A stretch of 64,000 nt of DNA from Diadema antillarum (Eukaryota): NCBI RefSeq assembly GCF_040938485.1, contig NW_027271188.1:868001-932000 (forward strand), in the 5' to 3' direction. The translations under genes were made by a program, and so were the position numbers. Positions 40,601-63,075 of this stretch are shown here, piece after piece; the first letter of the stretch is position 1; every line of letters starts with the position of its first letter. The notes below the pieces were generated by a model. The model had not been told where the DNA came from, made no database searches, and saw only the letters and a list, made by a program, of their open reading frames with translations.

Positions 40601-43600
40601 TTGGCAGGTCGGGTCAATGAACTTGGGAGTTCAGGCTGCGCGTATTTGAGGTTTGCCTGCGCGCACTAAAGTGCGTGCTCTAGTTTCTGCTGGGGTGAGG
40701 CGCGCAGTGCAGCTGAGGGTTTATGACGTAACAAAGGCTTCTATATTGGGAAATCTGGCAACTTTCAGCACACAATTCAGTACGTATGGGTGGAAATCAC
40801 TGATATATCTCTACGGAAGAACAAGATCAGTGGTGAAAATGATTTGTATGCTTGGCGGAGGTCTGCGCTCTCAGAGTGCTTCTCTAGTTATCAATAATAT
40901 TGCTCCTGTATTTTCTGTTGCTTNNNNNNNNNNNNNNNNNNNNNNNNNNNNNNNNNNNNNNNNNNNNNNNNNNNNNNNNNNNNNNNNNNNNNNNNNNNNN
41001 NNNNNNNNNNNNNNNNNNNNNNNNNNNNNNNNNNNNNNNNNNNNNNNNNNNNNNNNNNNNNNNNNNNNNTATCACTGTTGTTGTTGTTGTTAGTTGTACC
41101 AGTACAAGTATCATCATCATCACTGTCATTGTCCCCATAGTGCAATTATATACTGTAATATTGTCTTCTTCCAGTTTTGTTGTTGACAATTAAAAATCAA
41201 AATACCCATAATTTATCAATGGCAGTAAAATCTTTGACTCTGAAAATAAACTTCCATATTTTGACCAGCCTCAACTTAAATGCAGGTAGAAATTGATGTA
41301 AGTAGTGGAATATGTGTTTTTTTAGAGTTAACTCTTTAATTCTATTAGATACAAACTGTTAATTAATGAAATATACAAGTGCATGTGAAGTATATTGGAA
41401 GAAAGGAAGGCTGTTTGTGGAGTAAATCATACTCATTGAAGTTATTTTTTGAAGCACTTTGTTACTCTTCTGTGCACACAGGAGGAGAGCAGGTTCTCTT
41501 GGATGCTACAGATCTTGCTGAAGAGATTGGAAAGCCACATGTGGTCATCACAAGACTGACCATATCGCCATGCCAACACTTTCTTGGGGTTGTCATAGAA
41601 AGTAGTCCTGATGTGTATGAAGGTTGCATCTTCAGTATAGAGAGTGATGCAAAAACCACAGGCTTGGAATGTATACGTAACATTGTCAATTTAGGTGAGT
41701 GGTTTCTTGTATTTGATAAATCAAAACATTTATTTGAACATCACCACATTTGAAAAGAAAAAAAAATATCTGAAAAAAAAAATGAAGTTATGATATGATG
41801 TTACTTGAAATTGCTCATGGTACAACTTGTTATACATATTTTGATTATTATGAAAGAAGTGATTACCTTGCCATGTCTGTAAAAAGAAAAACTTGTAACT
41901 TGCAAGAGAAAGATATTTGGTAGATTGATACTTATATTGTCAACCTGGCTGCCTGCAAACAAGCATTGGTGTTGTCTCACTCCCAACTTACATGTATATA
42001 GCTATGGAGGAGCTGTGATCGTTGTAGGTTGATATATAATGTTCACCATGAGATTTAGATTTTATTACATCACGTTCTGAGAGTTAGACAAGGAACATGA
42101 TGACTCCAAACCACCATATATGGATGTAGTTTGATTCTGTAGATGCAACAATATGGTGGACTCTGGTTTTAACAAACTCCTTGGGACCAGAGAAATATCT
42201 ATGTCGATATACATGTATTAAATGTTTGTTATAATGGGTGTGAAAACAATTTGATTTATAAAAACTTTGAACTTTTAGCAAGAAATATTACTTTGTTAGG
42301 AGAAGAGTTTGTTATACCAGTGTTGTTGTTGTTTTAAAGTGCTCTCTCTAATGATAATCCTTTGTTCATTGTATTTATGAAGAGCCTACATGTCGTTGGC
42401 CTAACTTTTGAGCACAATGCAGTTAGAATTTGCAGATGATGTGAGCCATAATGTATGCATTCTTTGAGTGCGGTACTTTCCATTCTAACACAGAGTTTGG
42501 TGCCAGAGGATCTGTGCTGTACACGACTGCAGACAATCTGTGGGCCCATCAGGTCTGGTGTCATCAGATTGGCTCCTCAACAGCAGACGATCACTTGATC
42601 TTCGAGGAGACAGATGCAAGGTAGTACATGTATATATCTCTTACCTGCTTAATGAAAATTGTATGAACTCTGATTAGTAAAAAATAACATTGTGTATATG
42701 CTATATAAAATAGAACAATGAAATCTAGATGTGGTAAGTATTTTGGCTGAAACATTAAACAACAACAACAACAAAAATAATAATAAGTCAACTCCTTTTG
42801 AGAAACACACCTGTCTAGTTGTCAGTACATTTGTGCCATACCTAATGCTTATATTGTGCATTGTACATAAAGGATGGGGCCTAATGCTGTCCTCATTCTC
42901 TGTTTCTGTCCTCTACATAATGGATGCATGTATGGATACTAATTGAATCCTGATAGAATGTCCATTTGTGACCATCCCTCACTTTCTATATCTCTTTCTC
43001 TTTTTTCTTTGTTTCCATTCTCTCTCTATCTCTCTCCATCTATCTGTCTATCCATCCTTGTATATCCATCTATCTGTAAATCTCTGGCTATTTGATTTTA
43101 TCAGTCTCTCTCTCTCTTCTCTCTCAATTTTTCTATCTGATAACCTTGATGTATCTGTCTCTGTCTCAGGTTTTTTGTGGACCTGTCTCATACCAAAGAC
43201 AGACGCTTTGCTGCCATCAATTGCAACTCCAAAACGACATCAGAAGTCTGGCTAATTGATGTTCATGGCTCAGTGGAGACCCCACCCACCTCGATCTGGC
43301 CCAGACGCGATGGAGTGGAGTGCTACGTCGACCACTGCAGGGATACGTTATTTGCATTGGCTAACCCTGGCCCTTCGAGAGAGTTAAAGGTTATAGTCTG
43401 TTATGTCGTGTTTGGTGGAGTACCGGTACTTCCTTTGTTAGACCATTCATTCAACGAATTGTAGATAATATAAAAAAAATAATAAGCACCTTTTGTTGCC
43501 ATATTTTCCCTGGTTTGGCGTTATTTTATGTATTTTTAGGAAGATGAATTCCATTATTCAACAATAATTAAAACTATCATGTGCTTTTGTTGAATATCTT

Positions 43601-46600
43601 ATTGTCATTAGGAAAATTGGGCTGTTTGCTTGTACACTCCAGTTTGCTTCAGACATTCTGCTGCTAACTGTAATAAGTGTATGTACATGGAGCTAATCCA
43701 GAATATAAATACATGATAAATAGAATGATTAAGAGAATCAACTGTGCACAGCTTAATCAGTTTACTTCAAGCCTAGGATTTTAAGGATTTGAATATTAAG
43801 AATAATGTGAAATTTTATCTGCATAGCTCAGTGATGTTGACTATGAACAGATACATGTCCTGTGGTAGCAGTAACTGTATATCAGTAGAAAGTATTAGCA
43901 GAATCTAGTTTGCGGCAGCCTCATTGCAAGCCTTTGCTCATTCCCACCTTTTGACTCACCAGTGTTAAACTTGTTAAACTAAGAATATCTATTTGTGTTT
44001 TACATTTTTCCTTGACACATAGCTCATCAGTGCACAATCCAGTGGTATTTCCAAGAGTGGGCGGGGACTGAAGCAATCCAGGTTGTCATGGCGAGACGTA
44101 TTCGTCCCTCCTCCTGGATGCGTGCTACAAGACATGGATGTCTTTTCCTCGGCCTGTGTGCTGTGTGCAATGGCAAACAATATTCCACAATTAATCACTG
44201 TACCGCACATCTCCACGTCTGGCAAGCCCTCATTTATTGAGGTATGATACAGTGTTTGCTTCTGTCTCGCTACTCAGATTACTCCCTCGGTGACTTATTT
44301 TACTGATCCGATTATTAGGAAGTGTTGTACAAATTACATCACGTCCTTGACGACGTCAGTCATAACAATATATTGTCTGTGATGTGTACAACTGCTACAA
44401 GATTTTGAATGCACTATTTTTTTTTTTATTACTATGTGTATGTGTGTGTGTGTGTGTGTGTGTGTTGCTAGACTCGTCTCACAGCAATCTGTAGTAAAAA
44501 TGTATTTGAAACCAAATCATATTCTTGCCTTTCAGCTTCCAGCAGATTGTACAAGCCTTGTTCCAGGGGTCAACTCTGATCATAACTCGAAGACATTCCA
44601 GTTCCAGCTGTCCTCTCCCGTTCTCCCACCTCGCGACTTTGAGCTTGACCTTCAAACTGGCCATGTGTGTTGCCATGACAAAGACACAGTAGAAGACTTA
44701 ACTGGACAGGACACAGAGGAAAAGAGGGAGGGGAATGATCCATGGAAAGAAAAAGGATATGTTTGCACAAGAATGCTCTCTGATAGCAGGGTAAGTGATA
44801 AGACATGTTCCCTTATGATGACCCTTTTCGTCCTTTTACTTTTCTCTTCTCTTCTCTTTGTTTTGTAGTATGACATTCTAAAAACACAGGTGAAGAGATA
44901 TCTGATCTGCTCCAAGTCAGATTTTCAAGAAAATAGCTTGTTAACGATATATTATGATCAAAGTTGAAATTTCATTTCATCATGGCAGTTTGTTCCTTAA
45001 CATTTCGCTTTCTTAAAAAAAAAAAAAAAAAAAAAGCCTCTCTCTCTATCTCTCTCTGATTTTTAATACAGTGTTTTTGAGAGGAAAAGTTGACCAAGTG
45101 GTATATCATGACATAATTTTTGAAGATGCCTTAATTGATTTCTTTCTACTGTAAGAATAGGGGTCAGTCGATGGTCAACCTATAAATTGTGACTTGTGAC
45201 TTATCTCCTTTTATCCATACATTTTTGCAGCTGAATGGAAGGCATTTCAATTGTTTACTCTTTAGTTTGTGCTATGAGTTGTCTGTATTAAAGCAACAAG
45301 TGTTATTTACATAATCATGATATTAAATGATATCATAATATAACATATCATATCATATCATATCATATGATTGTATGTCAGGTGTTTGGTGTCATATTTT
45401 TCTTTTCATGAAAATAACCTTTTTGCAGAAATATATACGTATGCAGATGTCCATGGTCAATAGCTTTGTGTAAGGTTATACAGGTAGTACTAGCTCCCAC
45501 CACAATTTACTAACTGCCTCCTTCCATTTCTTTTCCCTCTAGGACGGAACACAAGTCCCACTGACTGTCATCCACAACAAACATCTCCGCCTGGATGGCA
45601 GCAATCCCTTGCTGGTGATTGGCTATGGTGCCTACGGGAGGAGTGTTGACATGCAGTACTGCCCAGAGAGAAGAGCTTTGGTGGACCATGGATGGGTGCT
45701 GGCTTTCTGCCATGTCAGGTGAACATTTTCTGGCCGACAGCCTGATGAAATATCCAAGTTCAGTCTCGTATCAGACTGCATATACTAGTGACTTATGTGA
45801 TACTTTGATATTACTTTACATGATATAAGTGATCAGGTTGTTGCAATGTGAAGAAGGTCTGATCCTACAGAAAACATTTCTCAGAATTTAGTTCTCACAA
45901 TATGATCAGAATCTTTACTCTTCTGTTGTTTCACAGGGGAGGTGGAGAAATGGGAAGACACTGGTACGATGATGGAAGGCTTGGTCGAAAACATCATAGC
46001 TTTGAGGTAAGTGTATACTAATGAGTATAAATACGATGGGAGAGCAAAACAGCTGGTAGAGAGTAGAGAGAGTGGCCCTCTCTAACAATGCTCCATTGCT
46101 TCTTTGAAAAGAGCAGTTTTTTGTTTTGTTGGGTTTTTTTTTTTTTGGTAGGTAGGGATGATTGTGCAAGTAAAAATCAAAATTGTTCTATGTTTGTCTG
46201 TGAGAATCACTCTTCATGTGGCAATGGATGACAGCAAAACAGAAATCAACAAGGATTCTGATAGCCGACAGATGATATTATTACATATCTGTGCTGTATA
46301 TTTGCCCTTCCTCTCTTTGTTAAGAGGAACTGGTAATGGTAATTGCAACATTTCTGGAGCCCTACTCATGACGAGTTCTGTGGGAATGGACATAAAGATG
46401 ATAAGTCTTAATGGATTTTTCTGACTCCCACACATGCTAAATATATCTTTTTGTATCATTCTCTGTTTCCAACATAAACGTAATGTGCAATATAATGTCA
46501 TGTCAATATATTGTGTGTTTTATATATTAAACTAAATTGAAAAAAAAAGAATTTAGATGGCACACATCACTACAGAGACATACCTTGTACCACAAGGGAG

Positions 46601-48874
46601 TAAAATGTGTAGAAAGTTGTTGTGTTTGTGTGTATGTGTGTGTGACTGACTGAGAGAGAAAGAGAGAGATACATACATGGGCCTAATTTACTGGTAAAGT
46701 GAGACAAAACATGAACCTATGGATAGGTGTGGTGCAAGGCAAGCCTGTACTGTTGTATCTGACATCGCTAAAATGGGACTCCCCCATATCATTGCCTTTG
46801 CTTTAACCACACAACACATTTTTCATCTTTGCCCAAGTCATGCTCACTTTGAACACTCCCCTTCACAGGACTTTGAGAGCTGTGTCCACCTGTTGCACTC
46901 GGCAGGCTACTCCCAGCCCCAGCTAACGGCAGCCTGGGGTGCTAGTGCAGGTGGGCTCCTCCTAGCTGCATGCTGCAACAGATCCCCTGAACTACTGAAA
47001 GCTGCTGTGATGCGAGTAAGTCGCCATTTTCAGCTGCTCAAGTTTATGTGAGGTTCCTTCTGACACACTCCATTTTGCAATAATGGCACATTGAAAAACT
47101 GGTCTTTGAATTCACAGTACACAATCAGGCTCAATAATCTATTGTCAGCATTGCCTCCTTTCCAAGCAAGAAAGAGTATGTATGGTACATATATCACATT
47201 GGATCACCAAAGACAGTCTTCGGTATTCTTTTCCGATGACAACCGTTCAGCCTTTTCTAGATTACAATGATCTGTGTGTAGTACTTTTCCAATGGTATAC
47301 CAGTAGAGTATTGTGGGGTTTTTTTCCCCTTTCTGTCAAGTCACAGTTTCTAAAAGTTGCGGTGCTCATTAACTTATCAATGCTTGCAAAATACTACATA
47401 ACCAAAGATAGCAATATAACTTAATACTTTTGCACAAATTGCCATCTTACCATATCTTTAATCCCCTGGTAGATGCCTTTTGTGGATGTTCTGTCAGCCA
47501 TGTTGGACAGAGACTCACCTCTGACCCTACAAGACACCATGGAGTGGGGCGACCCTCAAACTGATGCTGCTGCCTTCAAGACCATCTTGTCATACAGCCC
47601 TTATCACAACATCACATCACAGGTAAATTTTAAGATCACTTTTTCACTCATGTCTGTTTTGTTTTTATTTATTTTTTTTTTAATTGGTTTCTTCGTTTTT
47701 TAGGTTGTCAAGTAACATTCATAGGCAGGCCTTGAAATCTTCAAATATCATCTTGTCTGTACACAAAAAAGTCTGATGTATGGCTTGAGGATAAAGTGCT
47801 GTGGCCTGAATACAGGTTTTTGCACACACACAAAAAAACATTACTCTGAAACCTCTGAAATACTTGTGCAACCTCTTGAATATCAGTATGACTCTATACA
47901 CAGCATGTAGATAAATTGTGTCATTAAAAAAAAAGAAAAAAGGAACTGCCATCCAAGACAACTTCATTGTTCATTGTCATCTTGATCTATATGCAGTACT
48001 GTTTGATTTGGGGATGAGTTCCAGGAGTGTGTGCTAATAAATGGTTAAAAGGTACACATTGTTGACTCATCAAATGTCTAATTTTATGTTTGTTTTTACT
48101 ACATATTTCAGAAAAAGTACCCATCCATTCTTGTTACAACATCGACAACTGACCCAAGGGTCCCCATCTGGGGTCCCCTAAAATACATGGCACAACTGCG
48201 AGACGTAACAAGCAAGGACCACAAGCCAACATATGTGATGAAAGTGTATACCGATGGAGGACACTTTGGGCCAGAAGAAGTTGATGGAAATTTCGATCAG
48301 GTGATACAGTACATTGCACTTGATGACTGAACATTCAAAAAAGCAAGACCAGCCCCTTTTATTTAGTGTGATTTTCAAGAAACTGCCTTTACAGAGTGTA
48401 ATAAATTGAATGAATGGATTGGACAGGTACTGTAATGTTTCAAATAAAAATAAATAAGTACCGGTAACCAAGACTTCCCTAATTTGTAGATCTATATTGC
48501 ATTTACTTTGCTACTGCCATTCAATTATTTATGGTTTAATGTATATGTTATCCAGGTTATGTACACTGTATTTTGTTTTTCATGACAGATGAAAGGAAGG
48601 AATTATTCAACAAATATGATACTAACTTTAATTTAATTTCACCACAAAAAAAAAAAAAATCCTGGCGTGTACACAATTAAGGTTATTTCTTCGTTACAAG
48701 ACTACTACGTCATCCTTGAAACTTTCTGAAAAATACTTACCGGTATCTAATACATGTACGTGTATATGATACTAATACAACTGTATGTCATGTCTTCTGG
48801 TTTTTTTCCCCATCTGCATGCAGGCCACTCTGGAATGGGCTTTTCTTCAGAGAGAGCTACGACTTGGTAGATGA
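37689..48874 (+). CDS. PREPL: Prolyl endopeptidase-like protein (S9A family, PREPL orthologue)
   Basis: 15 phase-consistent exons: 37689-38192, 38807-38838, 39464-39575, 40137-40215, 41482-41694, 42494-42620, 43170-43389, 44023-44241, 44536-44790, 45543-45718, 45937-46006, 46869-47015, 47473-47622, 48112-48300, 48824-48874; 2544 nt = 847 aa + stop. Motifs [39 protein letters not shown] (close to recalled human PREPL [25 protein letters not shown]), WGASAGG (Ser), DPRV (Asp), GGHF (His). The start codon choice is inferred. Confidence 0.9.
40398..40889 (+). mobile_element. Short HINE-like element, family C, copy 2 (PREPL intron)
   Basis: TTACCTCCGCC...CTTGGCGGAGGTCTGCGCTCTCAGAGTGCTTCTCTAGTT. 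Shares ATGAAACTTGCAGGAAAGGTTGAGAATGA and other blocks with 26496-26932. Confidence 0.75.
40924..41070. other. Assembly gap (147 N) in PREPL intron 4
   Basis: Run of N. The flanking exon phases (1/1) are compatible, so no hidden exon is required. Confidence 0.99.
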
Positions 48875-49329
48875 CACTGACCTCCTTTGCCCTGTTTGTA
48901 AACGGCTTTTTTATAATCTTTACTCTTCTGCCATTGTTTGGAGAATGCAATCAAGGCAAAAGTATCCTATTTTAACCCACTGCCTAGTGGAAGTGCAACT
49001 CAGTTTAAAATATGTCAAAGTAGAGGATGAGTTTACATCTTCAGAGGCGAATGAAAGAATTATGTTGAGGCTTTTTCCATCGAGTAACTTTGATGGGAAT
49101 GGGGTCATGAAAGGAGTTGGAGATTATGTCTGGAAAAAGGGGCATTGTGTGTGAACAGGGCATTGTGAAAGCCCCAATAATGTGGGGTGTGTCTAGAGAG
49201 GTAGAGTAGCCATGGAGCACTGCTATATTACCTCTGATAGGGCCTGCCCCCAGCATGTCTGCCAAAAAGATGCACTGTGGAGGCAGTCATTAAGAAAATT
49301 CCTCTGAACACCCAAGACAACAGCAGTTT

Positions 49330-49534
49330 TACAATAGGTGGGACCCACCTTTTTATAGGACCACTTTGTTTTGCTTTGTTTTAGGATATCTCAGCCATTT
49401 CAAAACCGATTTTCATCAAATAAACTTTTAATTCCCCTTAGAATTGTATGCTCTTCAGTATAAGTGGTTTCTAATTGTATCTCACAAAAAGTAAAAACCT
49501 GAATCCCTATCTTAACCAAAACTAGACCATCCCT
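49330..49534. mobile_element. Partial Kolobok-like MITE, family 1
   Basis: GTGGGACCCAC...TATCTCAGCCATTTTCAAAACC...CCAAAACTAGACCATCCCT|TTAA, homologous to the distal half of 3938-4320. Confidence 0.6.
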
Positions 49535-51930
49535 TTAACTAAATGCACATTGTACCTATGAAAGTTCTTATTGTACCTGAAGTCCTTTAGAAAAATGTGT
49601 ATTCTTAACATCAAATCTTAATGTGTTGCCGCATCCTTCCAACGTAACTTATAGATGAATACAGTGTAGATTGTAGTTGCTGGACAATCATCCATGCGCA
49701 TGATTTTCATGACGTTTTCTGCACAAAGGAATGGAAGAGTTGCGAGTTGCTGGCATCACCTTGGCTAATTTTCATTGTGTGTGACTAGTGTCATTTGGTA
49801 AGATTTTATGAACTAAAAAAATTCCACAACTTTCATAATTCATGTCCAATTTGATGAAATTCTTACTCTACTTTTGAAAGTCATCTAGTGTGGAGTTCCT
49901 TTCTTGCTTGTAAGTAGTTGCACCTAGACAGAAACTGTTTGTACACACATACGTACAACACATTGATTATGATAAAGGTGGAATCATTGGACCAGTGTCT
50001 CAAGAAGTACAGAACTGTACACTATGAATTTAAGTCTTTTGACTAATTTTCTTAGACATATTTATTCTGCTGCAAATACACAGAATAGAGTACCAACTGT
50101 GGAGAATGATTACTCATATCCAACAAGAGTCTTACATAAATAAAGTGGAGTGACAATGGGTTACTTTATTTTTACACTGATGTTAAAATTGCTACCGGGT
50201 AATGTCATGAATGTTACAAATGCTCATAGCATGTGTGAATGTGGTGGTATTTTCAAGAACATTTATATTTATATGATAACCCATTTTCCATGAAAGCAGG
50301 CAGGAAAATTTTTGATTTAACACGAGCGTATAGAACATAAAATTATATTGACAATGATTTATTTAAAAGGAAATTTTCATTTCAAGTTACATATTTTTGT
50401 GATGAATCACTCTGTAATTGCTTTACAGACACAATATTTTTAGCTTCTTCACAATTGAGAAATGGCTACATTTAGATTGGTAAATTAAGAAGGCTCTCCT
50501 CATTGTCCAACGTTAAGGACACTGTAACCTTGTTTAACCCTGTGTATTAAACCATGACAATTTCCGAAATTGTCAAACTTGGCTGACTGAGCTGTATTGT
50601 GATGTTCAATCATGTGAATAAATGCTCCATCATACAGGAGTCCTGAGAAATGTGCTGTCACTATCAAGACATTTTTGAACAAATAACACCATACTGATAA
50701 ACTGTTCACTAAATGGTTCATTCTAACACGACTGTCAAGGAAATACTGAGTATGATATATCTGGTCACTTGCAGAGGCTTTCACTTTTTTCAAGCATTTC
50801 ATGATTATTTTCAACCCTATTTTTCCAATACACTGGTAGGTTCATTTTAACACAATATCAAAGACTGGTACAAAGTGTTGAGCATCTTGGACCATGTAGC
50901 TCAGAGTTTTCAAACAGAAAATGTGTTTAAATAGTGCCTTCAATAGTTATAGGGAAAGAACATACAATTAGCTTCAGGTATTCACAAATCTATAGGAAAC
51001 TGGCAACACTTGGATTCCGATTAGCAAATTTCCATGAAATATGGAGCCAATACTGTAAAATCACATCAAGATAATGTCTCTGCAGACTTAAAATCTTGTC
51101 ATATAAAAAAACAGCACCTAAAATTTCAGGCTAATCAAAACAGTTTGACATTTTCCTGTGCTTGCATATCATGAATTACATAGAGTAATAGGAATCATCC
51201 ACATTTATCTAATACTGTACATGTGTACATGTGTACAGTGTATTCTACATTACATGAACAGACATGAAATATTTAGAAACAAACACAAAACAATCGCATG
51301 ATAGATTCATGTAATGCTACATACTTAACAGACGTGAAAGGAGCATTCACTGCTCTGGAAAAGTGGGAAGAAAATGTGACACAAAACCTGTGACACAATA
51401 CAAGTATTGACACAAATACAAACTTTCATGAATTTAATATGCTGGATACGGTTGTACACGACTCTACGCTTCACAGTCGGACCTGATACTTTTTCATGTA
51501 CACTGTACTCTGACTTAGAAATGAATGTGCATTTGCACATCTTTGACTCATACGGAGTTGGCTGTGCTACACTTGCCATGGTCAAATCTGAGATGCGACA
51601 ATTAAAGTCATGTTACTATGTGTATTTGAAATTTGGCAAAATCCTTCTTTCAGCTGAACTTCAACTTCATGAAGTACATGTCTCCATCACAAGAGAAAGG
51701 CCTGTAGATATCTGGTAAAGTTAATACTTGCAGTTCTAGTTTATTTTTCCATAAATTTAAAAAAAAAGGAAAATGTGAATCTTTAATGATTCATATGAAT
51801 TGATTTGGATATCATATTTGAAGTCCCATGTTAAATTCTTTAAATGAGTCATTTTTCCAATACATGTATGTACCGTATCAGAAAATATGATATGTGTATA
51901 GAAAGAGCAAAACAGTGCTTTTGGCAAGTA

Positions 51931-52124
51931 CAGTGGACTCCCATTATAACAAACTTCTCGGAACCAGCAATTTCTTTCCCTCATTATACCCAAATTTCGT
52001 TATACATGTACACGAACAAGTAGACAATAAGAAACAGAGAACGGATAATGCGGCAGCCTGAATTTTCACTTCGTTGTAACTGGAATTTTGTTACAACCAT
52101 GTTCGTTATAACGGGAGTGCACTG
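51931..52124. mobile_element. TA-flanked MITE, CAGTG family (inverted orientation)
   Basis: TA|CAGTGGACTCCCATTATAAC ... GTTATAACGGGAGTGCACTG|TA. Confidence 0.75.
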
Positions 52125-52504
52125 TATCTGACTTCAGTGACCTTATCACCTTTGGTAATGGGTCAATGTTTGCCTTCCATTTTGCTGTAAGATTTTCCTG
52201 ATTGATCAAATGTTAACAAGGAACTATCTTTTTAGCTGACTTGAATATTCTGGACCTACTTTCTGATGATATTGCTTTAACAGCACAAGTAGATAAATAG
52301 TCAACAGTTGGCTTTTTTTTTACATGTTAATATTTACACTGTTCTCACTTTTACAGATGACTGTCTAATCATGTATAACCTGGAAAGAATGCTGTCCTAT
52401 TTACTGACATCTCTGCACGGTGCTAGTGTCCCAGATTGCATGTATTCAGTCACTTCTGCAGAGAACCTTTTTTTTTTTTTGTTCTTCCATGGAAGCACAG
52501 GGTG

Positions 52505-60671
<8,167 letters not shown>

Positions 60672-61154
60672 CTTTATCGGGGGTCTCTAGTTTATGAGGA
60701 AATCCCAGCCACATACGTAGCACAGACTGTAATCGTAGCGATGGTGCAGCGGCCTGGTGGTGGTAGCATAAGCATACAGCACAATGCATTTTTGGATACT
60801 GCGAGGATGGACCACAGAACTCTTACTTCTGTGGGATGGACGCGCAGCTAGCAGCCGCAATGATGAGAGCCAGCAGGGGTCGCTATTCAAATTTCTCCAT
60901 GAGCTCTGTCTGGGTGTGTGAGGTGTATTCATAGAGCTGAATTTCCTAGATGGGATATCTCCGCATCCTGCTTACAAGAGCTCATGGTCGATCAAAACAG
61001 TTGTGATCTAGGTCGTCAGAAATATCACACACTAGAGAAGAGCAAACAGAAAACGAGAGAGAAGAAGAACACGATGTGAAAAGACATAGTTTCGGTTGAT
61101 ATATGATGGGGTTTCATAGTTTATCAACATTTTTTGATGGTGATAGTTTTTTAG

Positions 61155-61478
61155 CTAGGTAATGAGAAACCCTTCTGAAATTTGAAAGAGCATGATTCTA
61201 AAAAGAATTCAAGGGTTTTTTTTTTTGATGAAAATTGGTCTTCAATGGCTGAGATATAAAAAACAACAACAAAGTAACCCTAATATTTATTAAGATCTCT
61301 TCGTTTTGCCATGTTTCTGGATATCTCAGTCATTTCAAAACAGATTTCATCAAAATTAATGAACTTTGAATTTCTCTTAAAATTGTATGTTCTTTAGCAT
61401 TTCATAAAGTAATTTCAAAGTATCTCGCAAAAAAGTTAAAAGCTGAATCGTCATTTAAATCAATACTATATCGTCCCT
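61155..61478. mobile_element. Partial Kolobok-like MITE, family 1
   Basis: TAATGAGAAACC...GGCTGAGATAT...CAATACTATATCGTCCCT|TTAA, homologous to 3938-4320. Confidence 0.6.
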
Positions 61479-61768
61479 TTAATTGCACACTACATGTATA
61501 TGAAACAAGGCAGTAAAAAATCATATTTTGCCAAGTGCATATGGCAGGCCTAAGTACAATACACCAGTATATATTAGAACGTATAATGTCGAGGGTTCAC
61601 GTTTTCCACTCCCTTTTTCTTAGTATCTGTTATACATTTTTTAAAGCAAATATATATAGCTGCTATGTCATTCACCCAATTTGTTTTTGTATATCTTTTA
61701 AAGCATAGGCCCTATCTTCATCTTTTTTTTCTTTTTCTTTTTCTTTTTGATTCTACTATTACACTTAA

Positions 61769-62335
61769 AGGGGAATTAACCCCAAATATACATGTGGATT
61801 GAGTGAATGCAGCAATATCAGTAGAACACATAGTGAAAGTTTGAGGAAAAACAATCTGTTGAAAAGTTATGAATTTTTGAAATTTGGTGACGAGACCACT
61901 GGATCATAAGACTACTACAGATCATGACATCACATATGGACTACGATATAAAGAAAATATAGAGAAAATTCAACAAAATATCATTTCATATGAAAAGTAC
62001 ACATTCCCTGGACTTGTTATTGACAGTATGTCAAGGGTATTATTATTCCCCCTGCTTTCTGAAAGAGGTAAAGTCTAGTGCTCTTTCATTATGCTAGAAA
62101 AATGAAAAAAATGTTTAATTTTCTCTATTTTTTCTTTGTATATGGTAGTCCCTGTGTGATGCCATGATCCGTAGTAGTCTTCTGATCCAGCGGTCTCATC
62201 ACCAAAATGTCAAAAATTCATAACTTTTGAACGGATTGTCTGATTTTCCTCAAACTTTCACTGATACATTCTACTACTATTGCTCCATTCACTCAATCAA
62301 CATGTATTTGGTGGGGGGGGGGGGTTAATTCCCCT
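61769..62335. mobile_element. TTAA-flanked Kolobok-like MITE, family 2
   Basis: TTAA|AGGGGAATTAACCCC ... GGGGTTAATTCCCCT|TTAA. Interior GCAGCAATATCAGTAGAACACAT..GTGAAAGTTTGAGG is shared with the other copies. Confidence 0.8.
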
Positions 62336-62631
62336 TTAACCTATCAATTACTCCTCACAGGTTCTTCTTCTAATTCTTCTTCTTCTTCTTCTTCTGGTTA
62401 AATTTGCCTACTTCAGTTCGCTGAAGATTCTTGCAAACCATGTGCGTTCACCGTGTTACGTCCATTCAATTGATGAAACAGTTCATATATTTACAAGCAC
62501 ATAGATAGCTAACCCAGGCCAGGTTCTGGTTTGGGTTGAGAGCATCCAGGTCATTTTGACGACATTATGATGTCATTTGTCTCTGCACAGGTCTAGGTCC
62601 GATGTAACGATGACGTAATACTGTTCACATC

Positions 62632-62675
<44 letters not shown>

Positions 62676-62696
62676 GCTATCTATCTATCTATCTAC
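62632..62696. repeat. (ATCT)n microsatellite
   Basis: Directly visible in the sequence. Confidence 0.95.
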
Positions 62697-63015
62697 CTTT
62701 TCATCTACCTATATATCTAATCATCCATTGCAGACCCATCTATCTAATACAGTATAACTATAGGCGTACTTACTGTATAATAAGACTTTAATACCAATAT
62801 AGGCTCTATATACACACTGTGCCTATTTGCCTAACATTTGATGGAACCTTATTCCACTGTTCTGTTCACGACTTAAATGCTGAATGGATCAAGGTCAAAC
62901 CGAGTTTCTCATATTGCGGCTAGAGCAGTAATACCGTAGGGCCATATATACACGCACATTATAAAAATGGGGCCTATATAGTCTAAAGATTGTGATGCTG
63001 ATGATATCTGGATTC

Positions 63016-63021
63016 ACACAC

Positions 63022-63069
<48 letters not shown>
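63016..63069. repeat. (CA)n microsatellite
   Basis: Directly visible in the sequence. Confidence 0.95.
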
Positions 63070-63075
<6 letters not shown>

